A DNA stretch of 64,000 bases from Pseudomonadota bacterium (GTDB lineage: Bacteria; Pseudomonadota; Gammaproteobacteria; Steroidobacterales; Woeseiaceae), in assembly GCA_038747355.1 (NCBI GenBank), contig JBCDJX010000005.1, positions 5,380-69,379 of the forward strand, read 5' to 3'. The translations under genes and the position numbers were made by a program. The notes beneath the pieces are model-generated. The model was not told the origin of the DNA, did no database searches, and worked only from the letters and a program-made list of their open reading frames with translations. Shown here piece by piece: positions 16,441 through 26,087 of this stretch. Each line of letters starts with the position of its first letter. Within the stretch, counting starts at the first letter, position 1.

Positions 16441-19400
16441 GTGTTCTCTGTGAGCGCCGCGTTCGCTGTGGATACGCTGGCTGGCCGCGATGAAGTGAGC
16501 TGCAACAGGCTGGGCAGCAACAGCAGGGTAAACAGGGTGGAGACGGACATGCCGCCGACAATCGCCGCGGCCATGCCGCGGTAGATTTCGCTGCCGGCAC
16601 CCGGCACCACCAGCAGCGGCAGCATACCGAACAGGCTTGTCAGTGTACTCATGAAAATCGGCCGGAGACGGTATCGCAGCGCCTGCTGCACCGCGGCGCT
16701 GCGATCGAGGCCGCGGGATTCGGCCGTGCGCGTCTGTGCCACGAGCAGGATGGCGTTGTTGACGACCAGGCCGAGCAGGATGATGAAACCGATCATGCCG
16801 AGCAGATCCAGGGGCTGGAAACTGATGGCATTGACCAGCGTGATAGCAAGCACGCCACCCACCGCCGCCAGCGGAATGGAGATGACCACCAGCAGGGCAT
16901 CTTTCAGAGAGCGGAACAGACCAGCCATGATCAGGATCAGCAGGCCAATCGCCATCAGGAAGTTAGCACCCAGCGTGCTGATGGCGCGCTCGAGGTCCTC
17001 AACGCTGCCGGCGTATTCGATGGTGCCGTCGTCGGGCAGCAGGGGGCGGATCTGCGGTTCGAGTTCCGTTTGCAGAGTGGCCAGCAGAGCCTCCAGCGAT
17101 ACGCCCTCCGGCGGATTCACGATGACTGTGTACACGCGCGCTCGGTTGATGCGCTGAATCTGAATCGGTGACGGCTGCACGCTGATGGACGCCAGTTCGC
17201 CCAGCGGCACCAGTCCGCCGAGCGGTGTTGCCACCGGCATCGACGCCATCATTTCCGGCGTTTCGAACCGGGTGGTCTTTAAATAGATGTCGACACGTTC
17301 ACGTCCGGTGAAGTACTCACCCAGCCACGAGCCCTGGCCCATTTGCAGGATCACCTGCATCAGGTCCTCGCGATTCCAGCCCACTTCAGCGAGGCGAGCG
17401 TCGTTCGGTGAGAAGCGCAGTTCGTTGGCTTCCGCAAACGGGTCCGGACGCGGTTGCGCCGACGCGCCGGGCAACAGTTGCGGCACGATCTGCATCGCTT
17501 GGGCCACGGCACCTTTCAAGGCATCGACATCGGTCGATCCAAGGCGCATCTCCACGGCGCTGGAACTCTCGAAGCCGCCGAACAAACTGCGTCGCAGCGT
17601 AAAGCTGAACATGTCGGGAATCCCGGCGACGATGTCGTTCTGGACCGTCGCCTGGAATGCATCAAGGTCCGAGCTGTCGGCCGGGTTGATCGCCAGCCAA
17701 CCGCCGGTGCCGCCGGGGAAGGTCCACAGGAAGTAGTCACGAATTGCCGGTGCCTTGTCGCCGTCGAGATGCGGTTGCAGACGTTCGATCAACACCTGTG
17801 CGATCTCGCTGTCGGCCGTCTCAATATTCGTGCCCGGCGGGAAGAACAGGAACGAGTCGACGGTGTCTCGCTTCACCGGTGGCAGGTAATTGCTCTCTGG
17901 CCACAACGCAATACTGAGCAGGATCGATCCCGCCATCAGGCCACTGATCCAGCCGATACGTTTGGGCTGTGTGTCGGTCAATCCGATGATGCGATCGGCG
18001 AGGTTGTCCCAGCGGCTGTTGTGCGCCACCTCGATGTCCTGCTTGCCCATCCAGTAACGTGATGCCGTCGGCAGGATCGTGATAGCGACGATCAACGACA
18101 CGGTGACACCGATCGCGATGGTCAATGCGAGATCGGCAAACATCTGCCCCTCGACATCACGCAGGAACATGATCGGGATGAAGATGGCCACGGTGGTCAG
18201 GGTTGAGGCCAACAGCGCGCCCCAGACCTGCGAGGTGCCGGTGTCGCTGGCGTCCTCAGCAGACTCACCCCGTTCTCGCAGGCGAACGATGTTCTCGAGC
18301 ACAACAATCGCAGCATCGAGCACCATGCCGGTGGCGAACGCGAGGCCCGCCAGCGAAATCACATTCAGGGAGCGGCCCGCCAGCGACAAGACGACAAAGG
18401 TGGCCAGCAGCGACACCGGAATCGACAAGGCGATGATCATCGTCGCACGCCAGCGGCGCAGAAACAGCCACAGTATCCCGATGGCGAGCAACACGCCGGC
18501 AATCAGGTTGCCGGTCAGCAGGTTGATCGAGCGCGTGATGTAGACCGACGGATCGAAGCTGTATGCCGCCTTCAAACCGCGATCCTTGAAGGTGGTGGCG
18601 TTCAGGTCGTCCATGTGTGCCTTGACGCCCTCGAGTGCTTCGAGCACGTTGGCATCGTTGGATTTCGACATGGCGACCCGCTGCGACGCACGGCCGTTGT
18701 GGTACACGAAACCGGCGCGATCGGGTGGGCCAAAGCGAACGGTGGCAATGTCGCCCAGGCGGATCGGCAGGCCGTTGCGCCATTCGAGGATCAGCCCCTG
18801 CAGGTCGTCCACGTTGTAACGTCCTTCAATCCGCAAGGTGTACGTGCGTCGCCCGACATCCACATTGCCGCTGGAGATGTTTGCCGAGCGACCGATGCGA
18901 TTGGCCGCGCGGGCGATGTCGATGCCGAGGTCAGCCGCGCGATACGGATCGATCACGATCTGCAGCTGGTCATTCGCCGTGCCGCTCGCGTCCCACATCG
19001 CGACCTGAGCCACGCCGTACAGGCCGGCGAGTTCCGGTTCGATGACTTCACGCAGGAATCGCTTGTTGCGGTTCAGGTCCTCGTCGCTGCCCTCGACCTG
19101 CTCGATAAAGTACTCGATCAGCTGGTCGTTGGCGTCGCCCCATTCACCGAGGCTGACGTTCGGACGGGTTGCGTTTCCCGGCAGTGGCCGGAGTTGGTTG
19201 ATGCGGCTGATGATGTCGATCAGCGCGCGCGTCATGTCCGTTTCGAGGGCGAATTCGAGACGAATCCAGGCCAGGTTCGGCATGTTCCACGACGACATCT
19301 CCGTCATGTTCGGCGTGCCCTGCAGGACTTCCTCGATCGGCACCGAGATCTCTGCCTCGATTTCGCGCGGTGATGCGCCCGGCCACGTCGCGCTGACCGT

Positions 19401-19535
19401 GACAACCGGTTTTTCGATCGGCGGCAGTAGCTGCGCCGGGATCCGGAATATGGAAAACAAGCCGAGCGCGACCACCACCGCGGCCACAATAACCACGGCC
19501 GCCGGGTTCGCGAGGCTTGCGCGAGTGAGTTGCAT
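16437..19535 (-). CDS. Efflux RND transporter permease (AcrB/AcrD/AcrF family)
   Basis: 1032 aa with 12 TM segments and two large periplasmic loops. Typical motifs are LAGLAFATGMVLDAAIVVLENI and GFIILLGLVVNNAILLV. Confidence 0.93.
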   Translation of the reverse strand: MQLTRASLANPAAVVIVAAVVVALGLFSIFRIPAQLLPPIEKPVVTVSATWPGASPREIEAEISVPIEEVLQGTPNMTEMSSWNMPNLAWIRLEFALETDMTRALIDIISRINQLRPLPGNATRPNVSLGEWGDANDQLIEYFIEQVEGSDEDLNRNKRFLREVIEPELAGLYGVAQVAMWDASGTANDQLQIVIDPYRAADLGIDIARAANRIGRSANISSGNVDVGRRTYTLRIEGRYNVDDLQGLILEWRNGLPIRLGDIATVRFGPPDRAGFVYHNGRASQRVAMSKSNDANVLEALEGVKAHMDDLNATTFKDRGLKAAYSFDPSVYITRSINLLTGNLIAGVLLAIGILWLFLRRWRATMIIALSIPVSLLATFVVLSLAGRSLNVISLAGLAFATGMVLDAAIVVLENIVRLRERGESAEDASDTGTSQVWGALLASTLTTVAIFIPIMFLRDVEGQMFADLALTIAIGVTVSLIVAITILPTASRYWMGKQDIEVAHNSRWDNLADRIIGLTDTQPKRIGWISGLMAGSILLSIALWPESNYLPPVKRDTVDSFLFFPPGTNIETADSEIAQVLIERLQPHLDGDKAPAIRDYFLWTFPGGTGGWLAINPADSSDLDAFQATVQNDIVAGIPDMFSFTLRRSLFGGFESSSAVEMRLGSTDVDALKGAVAQAMQIVPQLLPGASAQPRPDPFAEANELRFSPNDARLAEVGWNREDLMQVILQMGQGSWLGEYFTGRERVDIYLKTTRFETPEMMASMPVATPLGGLVPLGELASISVQPSPIQIQRINRARVYTVIVNPPEGVSLEALLATLQTELEPQIRPLLPDDGTIEYAGSVEDLERAISTLGANFLMAIGLLILIMAGLFRSLKDALLVVISIPLAAVGGVLAITLVNAISFQPLDLLGMIGFIILLGLVVNNAILLVAQTRTAESRGLDRSAAVQQALRYRLRPIFMSTLTSLFGMLPLLVVPGAGSEIYRGMAAAIVGGMSVSTLFTLLLLPSLLQLTSSRPASVSTANAALTENT

Positions 19536-19704
19536 GGTATCCCCAGGTCGTACAGGGCCCCGCTCCCAATTCAGGGCCTGAAAACTCTACGACCGCTTTT
19601 TGCGGTATAGGTTGCCTATTTTAGTCGGATTTTCGGCGGCTGACTCGCTGCCGTGTATGCAGGGGGCAGGATTCGCCAGCGCCGCGCATCAGCCCGGGGC
19701 TGGT

Positions 19705-20382
19705 TCAGGCGGCTGCACCTGCGAACAGTCGGGTGCCGAGCCCTTCGACCGATTCGAGCACGACATTGGCCGCACCAAAGTACTGGTCCTGGGTAAACAC
19801 GCCCGGTGTCGCGATGGTGTAGATGCCGGCTGCGCGGGCAGCGTCCACGGATGTTTCGCTGTCTTCGATCGCAACGGCGTCGCTGGCTGTGATACCGAGG
19901 CGTGCCAGCGCAGTCAGGTAAACATCGGGCGCGGGCTTTGCGTTGAGGACATCGTCCCGCGTGATGATCGCGGCGAACTGCTCGATCGGAAGCGCGCCCC
20001 GGGCACCGTCGATGATCGCGTCGATGTTCGGGCGGTAGGTCGATGTCACAAAGGCAACCGGGACGTGCCGGGCAAGGGATTCGCCAATGAGCTCGGCGAT
20101 GCCGGGACGCAGCGTCACGCCCTGGCGCATCTCGGCACAGGCCAGTTCGGTCTTGCGGGCGTGGATGGATTCGATCTGCACCTGGCTCAAGCGGCCGCCC
20201 TCAGACGCGCTCAACCATTGCAGGCGCTCTCGACCACCGGCCGCGTGCAGCAGTTTTCGGTAGGTGACGTGATCCCACTGCCATTCAACGCCGGCTTCCG
20301 CCAGAGCCTGGTTGTACGCGCGTCGCTGAATGTCCGACGTCTCTGCGACAACCCCGATAGAGCCAATCAACAGCGCCTTCAT
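19705..20382 (-). CDS. CbbY-like HAD-superfamily protein with a degenerate motif I
   Basis: The start is at the ATG at 20382 (MKALLIGSIGVVAETSDIQRRAYNQALAEAGVEWQWD). HAD motifs II-IV are present (FVTST, AKPAPDVY, AIEDSETSVDAARAAG). The DxDGT nucleophile motif is replaced by GSIGV. Confidence 0.8.
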   Translation of the reverse strand: MKALLIGSIGVVAETSDIQRRAYNQALAEAGVEWQWDHVTYRKLLHAAGGRERLQWLSASEGGRLSQVQIESIHARKTELACAEMRQGVTLRPGIAELIGESLARHVPVAFVTSTYRPNIDAIIDGARGALPIEQFAAIITRDDVLNAKPAPDVYLTALARLGITASDAVAIEDSETSVDAARAAGIYTIATPGVFTQDQYFGAANVVLESVEGLGTRLFAGAAA

Positions 20383-20454
20383 ACTCGTCTTCCTGCCTTT
20401 TGACGATCCCATAATAGGTAGGCGGAGAGCGCGGGGTAATGCCCCGGTACGTCC

Positions 20455-20481
20455 TGTTTCGAATTGATGTATTTCGAAACA
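20455..20481. promoter_or_regulatory. Inverted repeat TGTTTCGAA-N9-TTCGAAACA in the divergent HAD / S9-peptidase promoter region
   Basis: The 9-bp arms are perfect (20455-20463 and 20473-20481), and the repeat lies 50 nt upstream of the S9 peptidase ATG. Confidence 0.3.
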
Positions 20482-20530
20482 CATTGCTTGTCACGTAGAC
20501 TGCCGGCTGCTTATTCGACCGGAGACCTTC

Positions 20531-22558
20531 ATGCGCGTTGTTTTTCTTTGTCTGCTGGCCGCGATGACCGGCATCGCGATCGCCGACGACAGCCACTTCG
20601 CCAATACCGATGTTTTCAACCTCGAGCTCGCTGTCGATCCGCAAATCGCGCCCGATGGCTCGCAGGTGGTCTACGTTCGCCAGTCGATGGACATCATGAG
20701 TGATCGCGCGGTCGCCAATCTCTGGATTGTGGACAGCGACGGCGACAATCATCGACCGCTGCTGTCCGGCCGCGCGAGCTACGGCAGTCCCAGGTGGTCC
20801 CCGGACGGCGATCGACTGGCTTACGTCAGCGGCGACGACAACGGCAAGTCGCAGATCCACCTGCGATGGATGGACACCGGCCAGACGGCGGTACTCAGCA
20901 ACGTGCAGCGCTCGCCGCAGTCGATCAGCTGGTCACCGGATGGCAAACACATTGCGTTCATCATGTTTGTCAAAGACCAGAACACGCCGCTGGCAGCACC
21001 GCCGGCGAAACCCGCGGGCGCGAAGTGGGCGCCCGGCGCAAAAGTCATCGAGACCCTGCCATACCGTTCCGACGGTCGCGGCTACCTCGAAACCGGCTAC
21101 AACCACGTGTTCTTGTTGCCGGCGGACGGTGGTACGCCGAGGCAGCTTACCCGTGGTGACTATAACCACAGCGGCCCCCTGGTGTGGTCGCCGGACAGCG
21201 AGCAACTCGTGTTCTCTGCAAACCGGATCGACGAGGCCGAGTTCGATCCGATCGAATCGGAGCTGTGGGCTCTCGATGTTGCCAGTGGCGAGATGGCGCA
21301 GCTGACTGATCGAGACGGGCCGGACCGCGCACCGGCGATGTCCGCAGACGGCAAGTCGATCGCTTACCTCGGCTTCGACGATATGTCGATGAGCTGGGAG
21401 CAAAACGACGTCTACGTCCTCGACCGCGAAACCGGCGCGACACGCAAACTCACCGGCGATTTTGACCGCAGCATCAGCGCTGTGCGCTGGGCCGGCTCGT
21501 CGTCACGCCTGCTCGTGCAGTACGAGGACCGCGGCCGCACGCACATTGGCACCCTCGGCATGAATGGGCGGATCGAATCCTTGACGGCAGACGTGGGAGG
21601 TCTCTCTATTGGTCGGCCGTACAACAGCGGTATGTTCTCGGTCGCCGACAACGGCAGCTTCGCGTACACGGAAGGTGCAGCAGACCGGCCGGCGGACGTC
21701 ACCGTTGGCAAGCGCAACCGTGAGCTCGTCAGGCTGACCGACCTGAACAGCGATCTGTTCGATCACAAAACACTCGGTCGCGTTGAAGCGATCAGCTGGC
21801 CGTCAGCGAGCGGCGATTACGAGATTCCTGGATGGTTGGTGACGCCACCGGATTTTGATCCTGAGAAGAAGTACCCGCTGATCCTCGAAATCCACGGCGG
21901 ACCGCACACGGCCTACGGCCCGCATTTTTCGGCGGAGGTCCAGTTGTTCGCCGCGGCTGGCTATGTCGTGCTGTACGCAAATCCGCGTGGCTCAACGAGC
22001 TACGGACGGGAATTTGCGCTGGAGATTCATCACAACTACCCGTCCGAGGACTACGACGACCTGATGGCCGGTATCGACGCGGTACTCGAGCTCGGCTACG
22101 TCGACGAGGACGCACTGTATGTGACCGGCGGTTCCGGTGGTGGCGTGTTGACGGCCTGGATTGTCGGCAAGACCGATCGCTTCCGCGCGGCTGTGGTCGC
22201 CAAGCCGGTGGTCAACTGGGCCAGTTTTGCCCTGACAGCGGATGCCGCCCACTTTTTCACACGATACTGGTTCCCCGCCATGCCGTGGGACGACCCGATG
22301 GGATACTGGGATCGCTCGCCGCTGTCGCTGGTGGGAAATGTGACAACGCCGACCGCGTTACTCACCGGGGAAGAGGATTTTCGCACGCCCATGCCGGAGT
22401 CGGAGCAGTACTACCAGGCGCTGAAGCTTCGCAAGGTCGACACCGCGCTGATCCGCATTCCGGAGGCATCACACGGGATCGCCCGCCGGCCGTCACAGCT
22501 GATTGCCAAAGTCGACAATATCCTGGCGTGGTTCGCGCGCTACCCGGCACCCGAATAA
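20531..22558 (+). CDS. S9 family serine peptidase (prolyl oligopeptidase / acylaminoacyl-peptidase type) with N-terminal beta-propeller
   Basis: It has the signal peptide MRVVFLCLLAAMTGIAIA. WD40-like propeller repeats are present (SPRWSPDGDRLAY, SISWSPDGKHIAF, PLVWSPDSEQLVF). The catalytic elbow is VTGGSGGG, and the C-terminus contains EASHGI. Confidence 0.9.
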   Translation: MRVVFLCLLAAMTGIAIADDSHFANTDVFNLELAVDPQIAPDGSQVVYVRQSMDIMSDRAVANLWIVDSDGDNHRPLLSGRASYGSPRWSPDGDRLAYVSGDDNGKSQIHLRWMDTGQTAVLSNVQRSPQSISWSPDGKHIAFIMFVKDQNTPLAAPPAKPAGAKWAPGAKVIETLPYRSDGRGYLETGYNHVFLLPADGGTPRQLTRGDYNHSGPLVWSPDSEQLVFSANRIDEAEFDPIESELWALDVASGEMAQLTDRDGPDRAPAMSADGKSIAYLGFDDMSMSWEQNDVYVLDRETGATRKLTGDFDRSISAVRWAGSSSRLLVQYEDRGRTHIGTLGMNGRIESLTADVGGLSIGRPYNSGMFSVADNGSFAYTEGAADRPADVTVGKRNRELVRLTDLNSDLFDHKTLGRVEAISWPSASGDYEIPGWLVTPPDFDPEKKYPLILEIHGGPHTAYGPHFSAEVQLFAAAGYVVLYANPRGSTSYGREFALEIHHNYPSEDYDDLMAGIDAVLELGYVDEDALYVTGGSGGGVLTAWIVGKTDRFRAAVVAKPVVNWASFALTADAAHFFTRYWFPAMPWDDPMGYWDRSPLSLVGNVTTPTALLTGEEDFRTPMPESEQYYQALKLRKVDTALIRIPEASHGIARRPSQLIAKVDNILAWFARYPAPE

Positions 22559-22564
22559 TGCACC

Positions 22565-24316
22565 CTAGTTAAAGCGAACGAGTCGTCCCGGCCGGGCTGC
22601 GGTCACCGTATCCCGGTCGATGACCGTCTCGCCGCGCACCAGGGTATTCAGGAAGCCTCGCGCGCCCTGCATCAGGCGCTGGCCACCGGCCGGCAGGTCC
22701 TGTGTCATCGACGGCGCTTCGAGCGCCAGCGACGCGTAATCGATGACGTTGATGTCGGCGCGCTGGCCGACCTGGATACGACCGCGGTTGGTGAGGCCGA
22801 GATAGTCGGCCGGGTCGGCCGTGAGCATCTGCACGGCGCGGGCAATATCGATACGACCGCGATCACGGTCGCGCGTCCAATGGGCCAAAAAGTAGGCCGG
22901 AAAACTCGCGTCGCAGATGGTGCCGACATGCGCACCACCGTCGGATAAGCCCAGCATCGCGTTTGGGTGCACGAGCATTTCATGCACGTCGTCATAATTG
23001 AAATTGATGTAGTTGTAGATCGGGAAGTAGATGAGCTGTCGGCCGTCCAGTTCGAGACACACGTCATACAGCTTGTCCATGATCGGCACACCGTCGCGCT
23101 TCGCTTCGGCACCGAGTGACTGCTCCGCGCTCTGCTCGTAGTCCGGTTCGGCGCCGAGACGGAACAGTCTGAACGCGACGTTTTCGATATCGCCGATGAT
23201 TCGGTCAACGATCGGCGGCACGGAAGAGCTGGGGCCCGAGAGCTGCATCGGTGGGTCGGCAAGGCAGCGCGATTTGAAGGCTGGATCGCGCATGATCGCG
23301 ACGCGCTCGTGCAGCGGTTTGTCGCGAATCGCGAGATACGCCGGTTGTGCCAGTACCGGATGAAACGTGCACTGCAGTCCGTTGAACACGCCAATAGCGC
23401 GGGGCGCGACCTGCACACGAAAATCGACGCCGTCGGCGTTCAGGCGCTCGGTTTCCTTTAGGATCTTTCGCCACTGATTCGGTGCGAGGTCACGCTGCAT
23501 CAGCGACATCGAGCAGGGCCGGCCACCGCCGGCACGCGCGAAGGTCTCCATCGCACGAAACTCGTTGTCGAAATGATCGCCCTCACGTTCCAGGTTGAAG
23601 TCGCTGACCGCCTGCAGCACACCGCGTCGTCGACCCTTGAGTGCCGACGCGATGCCCGCGAGTTCATCCAGCGACGCTTCGCTGGACGGGGTCCAGTCGC
23701 CGTCTGAGGTTCGGTGCACATCGGAGCGCCCGGTTGAAAAGCCGGCGGCGCCGGCGTCCATCGCTGCGGCGACCAGGTCGCGCATCTGTTCAATATCGTC
23801 AGGGGTGGCCAGCTCGTCGCAGCCCGCACGCTCTCGCATCACGTACATGCGCAACGGGTCGTGCACAGCCATGACGCCGAAGTCGATGGTGTGCGGCAGA
23901 CGATCGATGGCGTCCATGTATTCCGGGAACGACTCCCAACCCCAGCTGATGCCCTCGTGCAGCGCAGTGCCCGGGATGTCTTCCACGCCTTCCATCAGGC
24001 GGACCAGGGCATCCTCGTCGCCGCGGTGCACCGGGGCAAAGCCGACACCGCAGTTGCCGAGGATCGCGGTTGTGACGCCAAAGTTCACCGATGGGCGAAG
24101 CTCCTCGTCCCAGCTCACCTGGCCGTCATAGTGCGTGTGCAGGTCGATGAATCCGGGCGTCACGGTGGCACCGTAGGCGTCGATGGTCCGCGTGCCGCTG
24201 AGGCCGCTGCCTATCTCGGCGATGAGCCCATCGCGGATGCCGATGTCGCCGCTTTGAGCGTCGCCACCCGAACCGTCAAATATCGTCCCGCCTTTGATGA
24301 CTGTGTCGAAAGCCAT
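22565..24316 (-). CDS. N-acyl-D-amino-acid deacylase (D-aminoacylase) family amidohydrolase
   Basis: The N-terminus FDTVIKGGTIFDGSGGD...GFIDLHTHYD carries the metal-binding HxH of the amidohydrolase fold. Length and the C-terminal beta-domain fit the family. Confidence 0.85.
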   Translation of the reverse strand: MAFDTVIKGGTIFDGSGGDAQSGDIGIRDGLIAEIGSGLSGTRTIDAYGATVTPGFIDLHTHYDGQVSWDEELRPSVNFGVTTAILGNCGVGFAPVHRGDEDALVRLMEGVEDIPGTALHEGISWGWESFPEYMDAIDRLPHTIDFGVMAVHDPLRMYVMRERAGCDELATPDDIEQMRDLVAAAMDAGAAGFSTGRSDVHRTSDGDWTPSSEASLDELAGIASALKGRRRGVLQAVSDFNLEREGDHFDNEFRAMETFARAGGGRPCSMSLMQRDLAPNQWRKILKETERLNADGVDFRVQVAPRAIGVFNGLQCTFHPVLAQPAYLAIRDKPLHERVAIMRDPAFKSRCLADPPMQLSGPSSSVPPIVDRIIGDIENVAFRLFRLGAEPDYEQSAEQSLGAEAKRDGVPIMDKLYDVCLELDGRQLIYFPIYNYINFNYDDVHEMLVHPNAMLGLSDGGAHVGTICDASFPAYFLAHWTRDRDRGRIDIARAVQMLTADPADYLGLTNRGRIQVGQRADINVIDYASLALEAPSMTQDLPAGGQRLMQGARGFLNTLVRGETVIDRDTVTAARPGRLVRFN

Positions 24317-24320
24317 TAAC

Positions 24321-25229
24321 TCACCCCCTGCGATCCAGCGTCCGCAATAGTACGACGATTGAGGCGCCCGCGATCAGGTGCCAGAGCCCCCAGGTCGCGG
24401 CGATTGCGGCTGCTCCGCCAAGTCCCTTCAATTGTCCGATCAGGATAACGATCGCGAGCCCCGAATTCTGGATACCAACTTCAATGGTCAGAGAACGACG
24501 AGTCGGTGGATCGGCTCGCACGGCCAGTGCGGTTGCGAATCCCAGCAGGAAGGCCGACGCGTTGTGCAAGATAGCGATGCCGAACAACAGCGTGATAGCG
24601 GGTAACAGGATCGGGACAAATTGAAACGCGCCGTAAATGATGACGCCGACCAGGACCAGCGTGCCCACCGGCGCCGTCAGGCGCTTCAGCCGTGACGCAA
24701 CATCCGGGGCGCGCGCCGCGAGAACCATGCCGGCGGCCAATGGTAGGCCGAGCAGGATCATCGTTTGCGTCAGAAACGCGACCGGACTGACATCGATCGT
24801 TTGCAGAAGCTCGGCGGTCGGCCCGTAAAGATTGGACCAGAACAGGATCGACACGGGCGTCATGAAGGCGGCGAGTACGCTGGAGGTTGCTGTCAGTGAG
24901 ACCGAATAGGCGACGTTGCCGCGCGCCAGGTAGGCCAGCAGATTGGACGTTGTGCCGCCGGGGCAGCAGGCGACCACGATCATGCCCAGCGCGATCGATG
25001 GTACTGGCGACAACAGGTGTAACAGCCCGAGGGTCAGGAGCGGCAGGCCGAGAATCTGGGCGAACACGCCGCCGAAGTACACCCGCGGTTCGGTCCTGAC
25101 GATGCGGAAATCGCTGGCCCGCAGCCCCAGCGAGATGCTGAACATGATGACCATCAGCGAGATGGCCAGCGCAATCTGGCCGATTGGATCGAGCTGTATC
25201 TGTAGCGCGTCGAGCGCCGCGGTATCCAT
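24321..25229 (-). CDS. Bile acid:sodium symporter (BASS/SBF) family transporter
   Basis: The signature CCPGGTTSNLLAYLARGNVAYSVSLT is present, with about 9-10 TM segments. The gene sits 4 nt upstream of the D-aminoacylase gene in the same operon. Confidence 0.88.
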   Translation of the reverse strand: MDTAALDALQIQLDPIGQIALAISLMVIMFSISLGLRASDFRIVRTEPRVYFGGVFAQILGLPLLTLGLLHLLSPVPSIALGMIVVACCPGGTTSNLLAYLARGNVAYSVSLTATSSVLAAFMTPVSILFWSNLYGPTAELLQTIDVSPVAFLTQTMILLGLPLAAGMVLAARAPDVASRLKRLTAPVGTLVLVGVIIYGAFQFVPILLPAITLLFGIAILHNASAFLLGFATALAVRADPPTRRSLTIEVGIQNSGLAIVILIGQLKGLGGAAAIAATWGLWHLIAGASIVVLLRTLDRRG

Positions 25230-25295
25230 GGTGTGCTGCAGCCATCCTGGCGGGGTCTGCCAACAGCTTAGTCTGCCTGGTACACAGATGACAGC

Positions 25296-25326
25296 AAACG
25301 AAAAAGGCCCCGCGGTACGGGGCCTT
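25296..25326 (-). terminator. Rho-independent terminator after the CHRD gene
   Basis: On the minus strand, AAGGCCCCG, loop TACCG and CGGGGCCTT (25326-25304) are followed by TTTCGTTTG, giving a TTTTTCGTTT run when the last two T's of the 3' stem arm are counted. Confidence 0.7.
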
Positions 25327-25346
25327 GGTCCAGGTCTTGCAATTGC

Positions 25347-25922
25347 TCAGTCGTCGTCGCGATCCAATCGTGCCGGTGTCGTGCGCTGGAGTGGCTCAAC
25401 CTGGCCACGCAATTCGCCCGCCGGAAACGCAAATGTGTGCAGGTTCCAGTAGATCTGACCGTCGTCGATTGCCTGCGCGAGCTCATGCAGGTTACGTATC
25501 GACCGACCGATCGCACCTGCGCAGGCGTCAGCACCGGGGAATTGCGAATTGAACAGCTTGCCCGTGATCGTGTTGGCATCCAGTGTAATCGTCTCGCTGT
25601 TGTCATTGGCGGCACCCACCAGATCAACAGCGCCAATCGCGATCGGGCCGTTGGCGCCGGCCACGTTGCAATGCAGGTGCAGGCGAGAGACATCACCTTC
25701 GAGGTTCGAGAAGGTGACTCGAATCGTCGCGCGGGTGAAACGACGATTGATGCTGATAATGGCGAGCGCTTTGCCGGCGGACACGACCGCTTCAGTCTGA
25801 ACTTCCTGGTCCGCCGTCAGGACCGTTTTGGATTCATAGCGGAAACGTTGCTTGTCGGCTTCAGCCGTCGCGGCAATGGTCAGTGCGAGTACGCTCAGGG
25901 TAGTAACTACCAGGGTTTTCAT
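25347..25922 (-). CDS. Secreted CHRD-domain protein
   Basis: It has the signal peptide MKTLVVTTLSVLALTIAATAEA. The CHRD hallmarks are LHLHCNVAGANGPIAI and YWNLHTFAFPAGELRGQV. Confidence 0.85.
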   Translation of the reverse strand: MKTLVVTTLSVLALTIAATAEADKQRFRYESKTVLTADQEVQTEAVVSAGKALAIISINRRFTRATIRVTFSNLEGDVSRLHLHCNVAGANGPIAIGAVDLVGAANDNSETITLDANTITGKLFNSQFPGADACAGAIGRSIRNLHELAQAIDDGQIYWNLHTFAFPAGELRGQVEPLQRTTPARLDRDDD

Positions 25923-25979
25923 TGTTAGATCTCCAGGGTGATGTGTCAGTGATGCGCGTCAGCGATGCGGTACGCATTG

Positions 25980-26010
25980 CGTTAACACCGCTTATTCGGA
26001 TCAAGGTTCA
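25980..26010 (-). promoter_or_regulatory. Putative ECF-sigma-dependent promoter of the CHRD gene
   Basis: The minus strand reads TGAACC-TTGATCCGAATAAGCGG-TGTTAACG, ending 57 nt upstream of the ATG at 25922. The same -35 element, spacing and -10 element occur at 27830-27860 and 27916-27946. Confidence 0.55.
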
Positions 26011-26041
26011 ACGCCAGCGGACAATTCGCGGAAAAAAGCAC

Positions 26042-26070
26042 AAAAAAACCGGGCCACGGGTGTGGCCCGG
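26042..26070 (-). terminator. Rho-independent terminator after the repeat-lipoprotein gene
   Basis: On the minus strand, CCGGGCCAC, loop ACCC and GTGGCCCGG (26070-26049) are followed by TTTTTTT (26048-26042). Confidence 0.8.
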
Positions 26071-26087
26071 CCTTCCCTTACGCCCGG

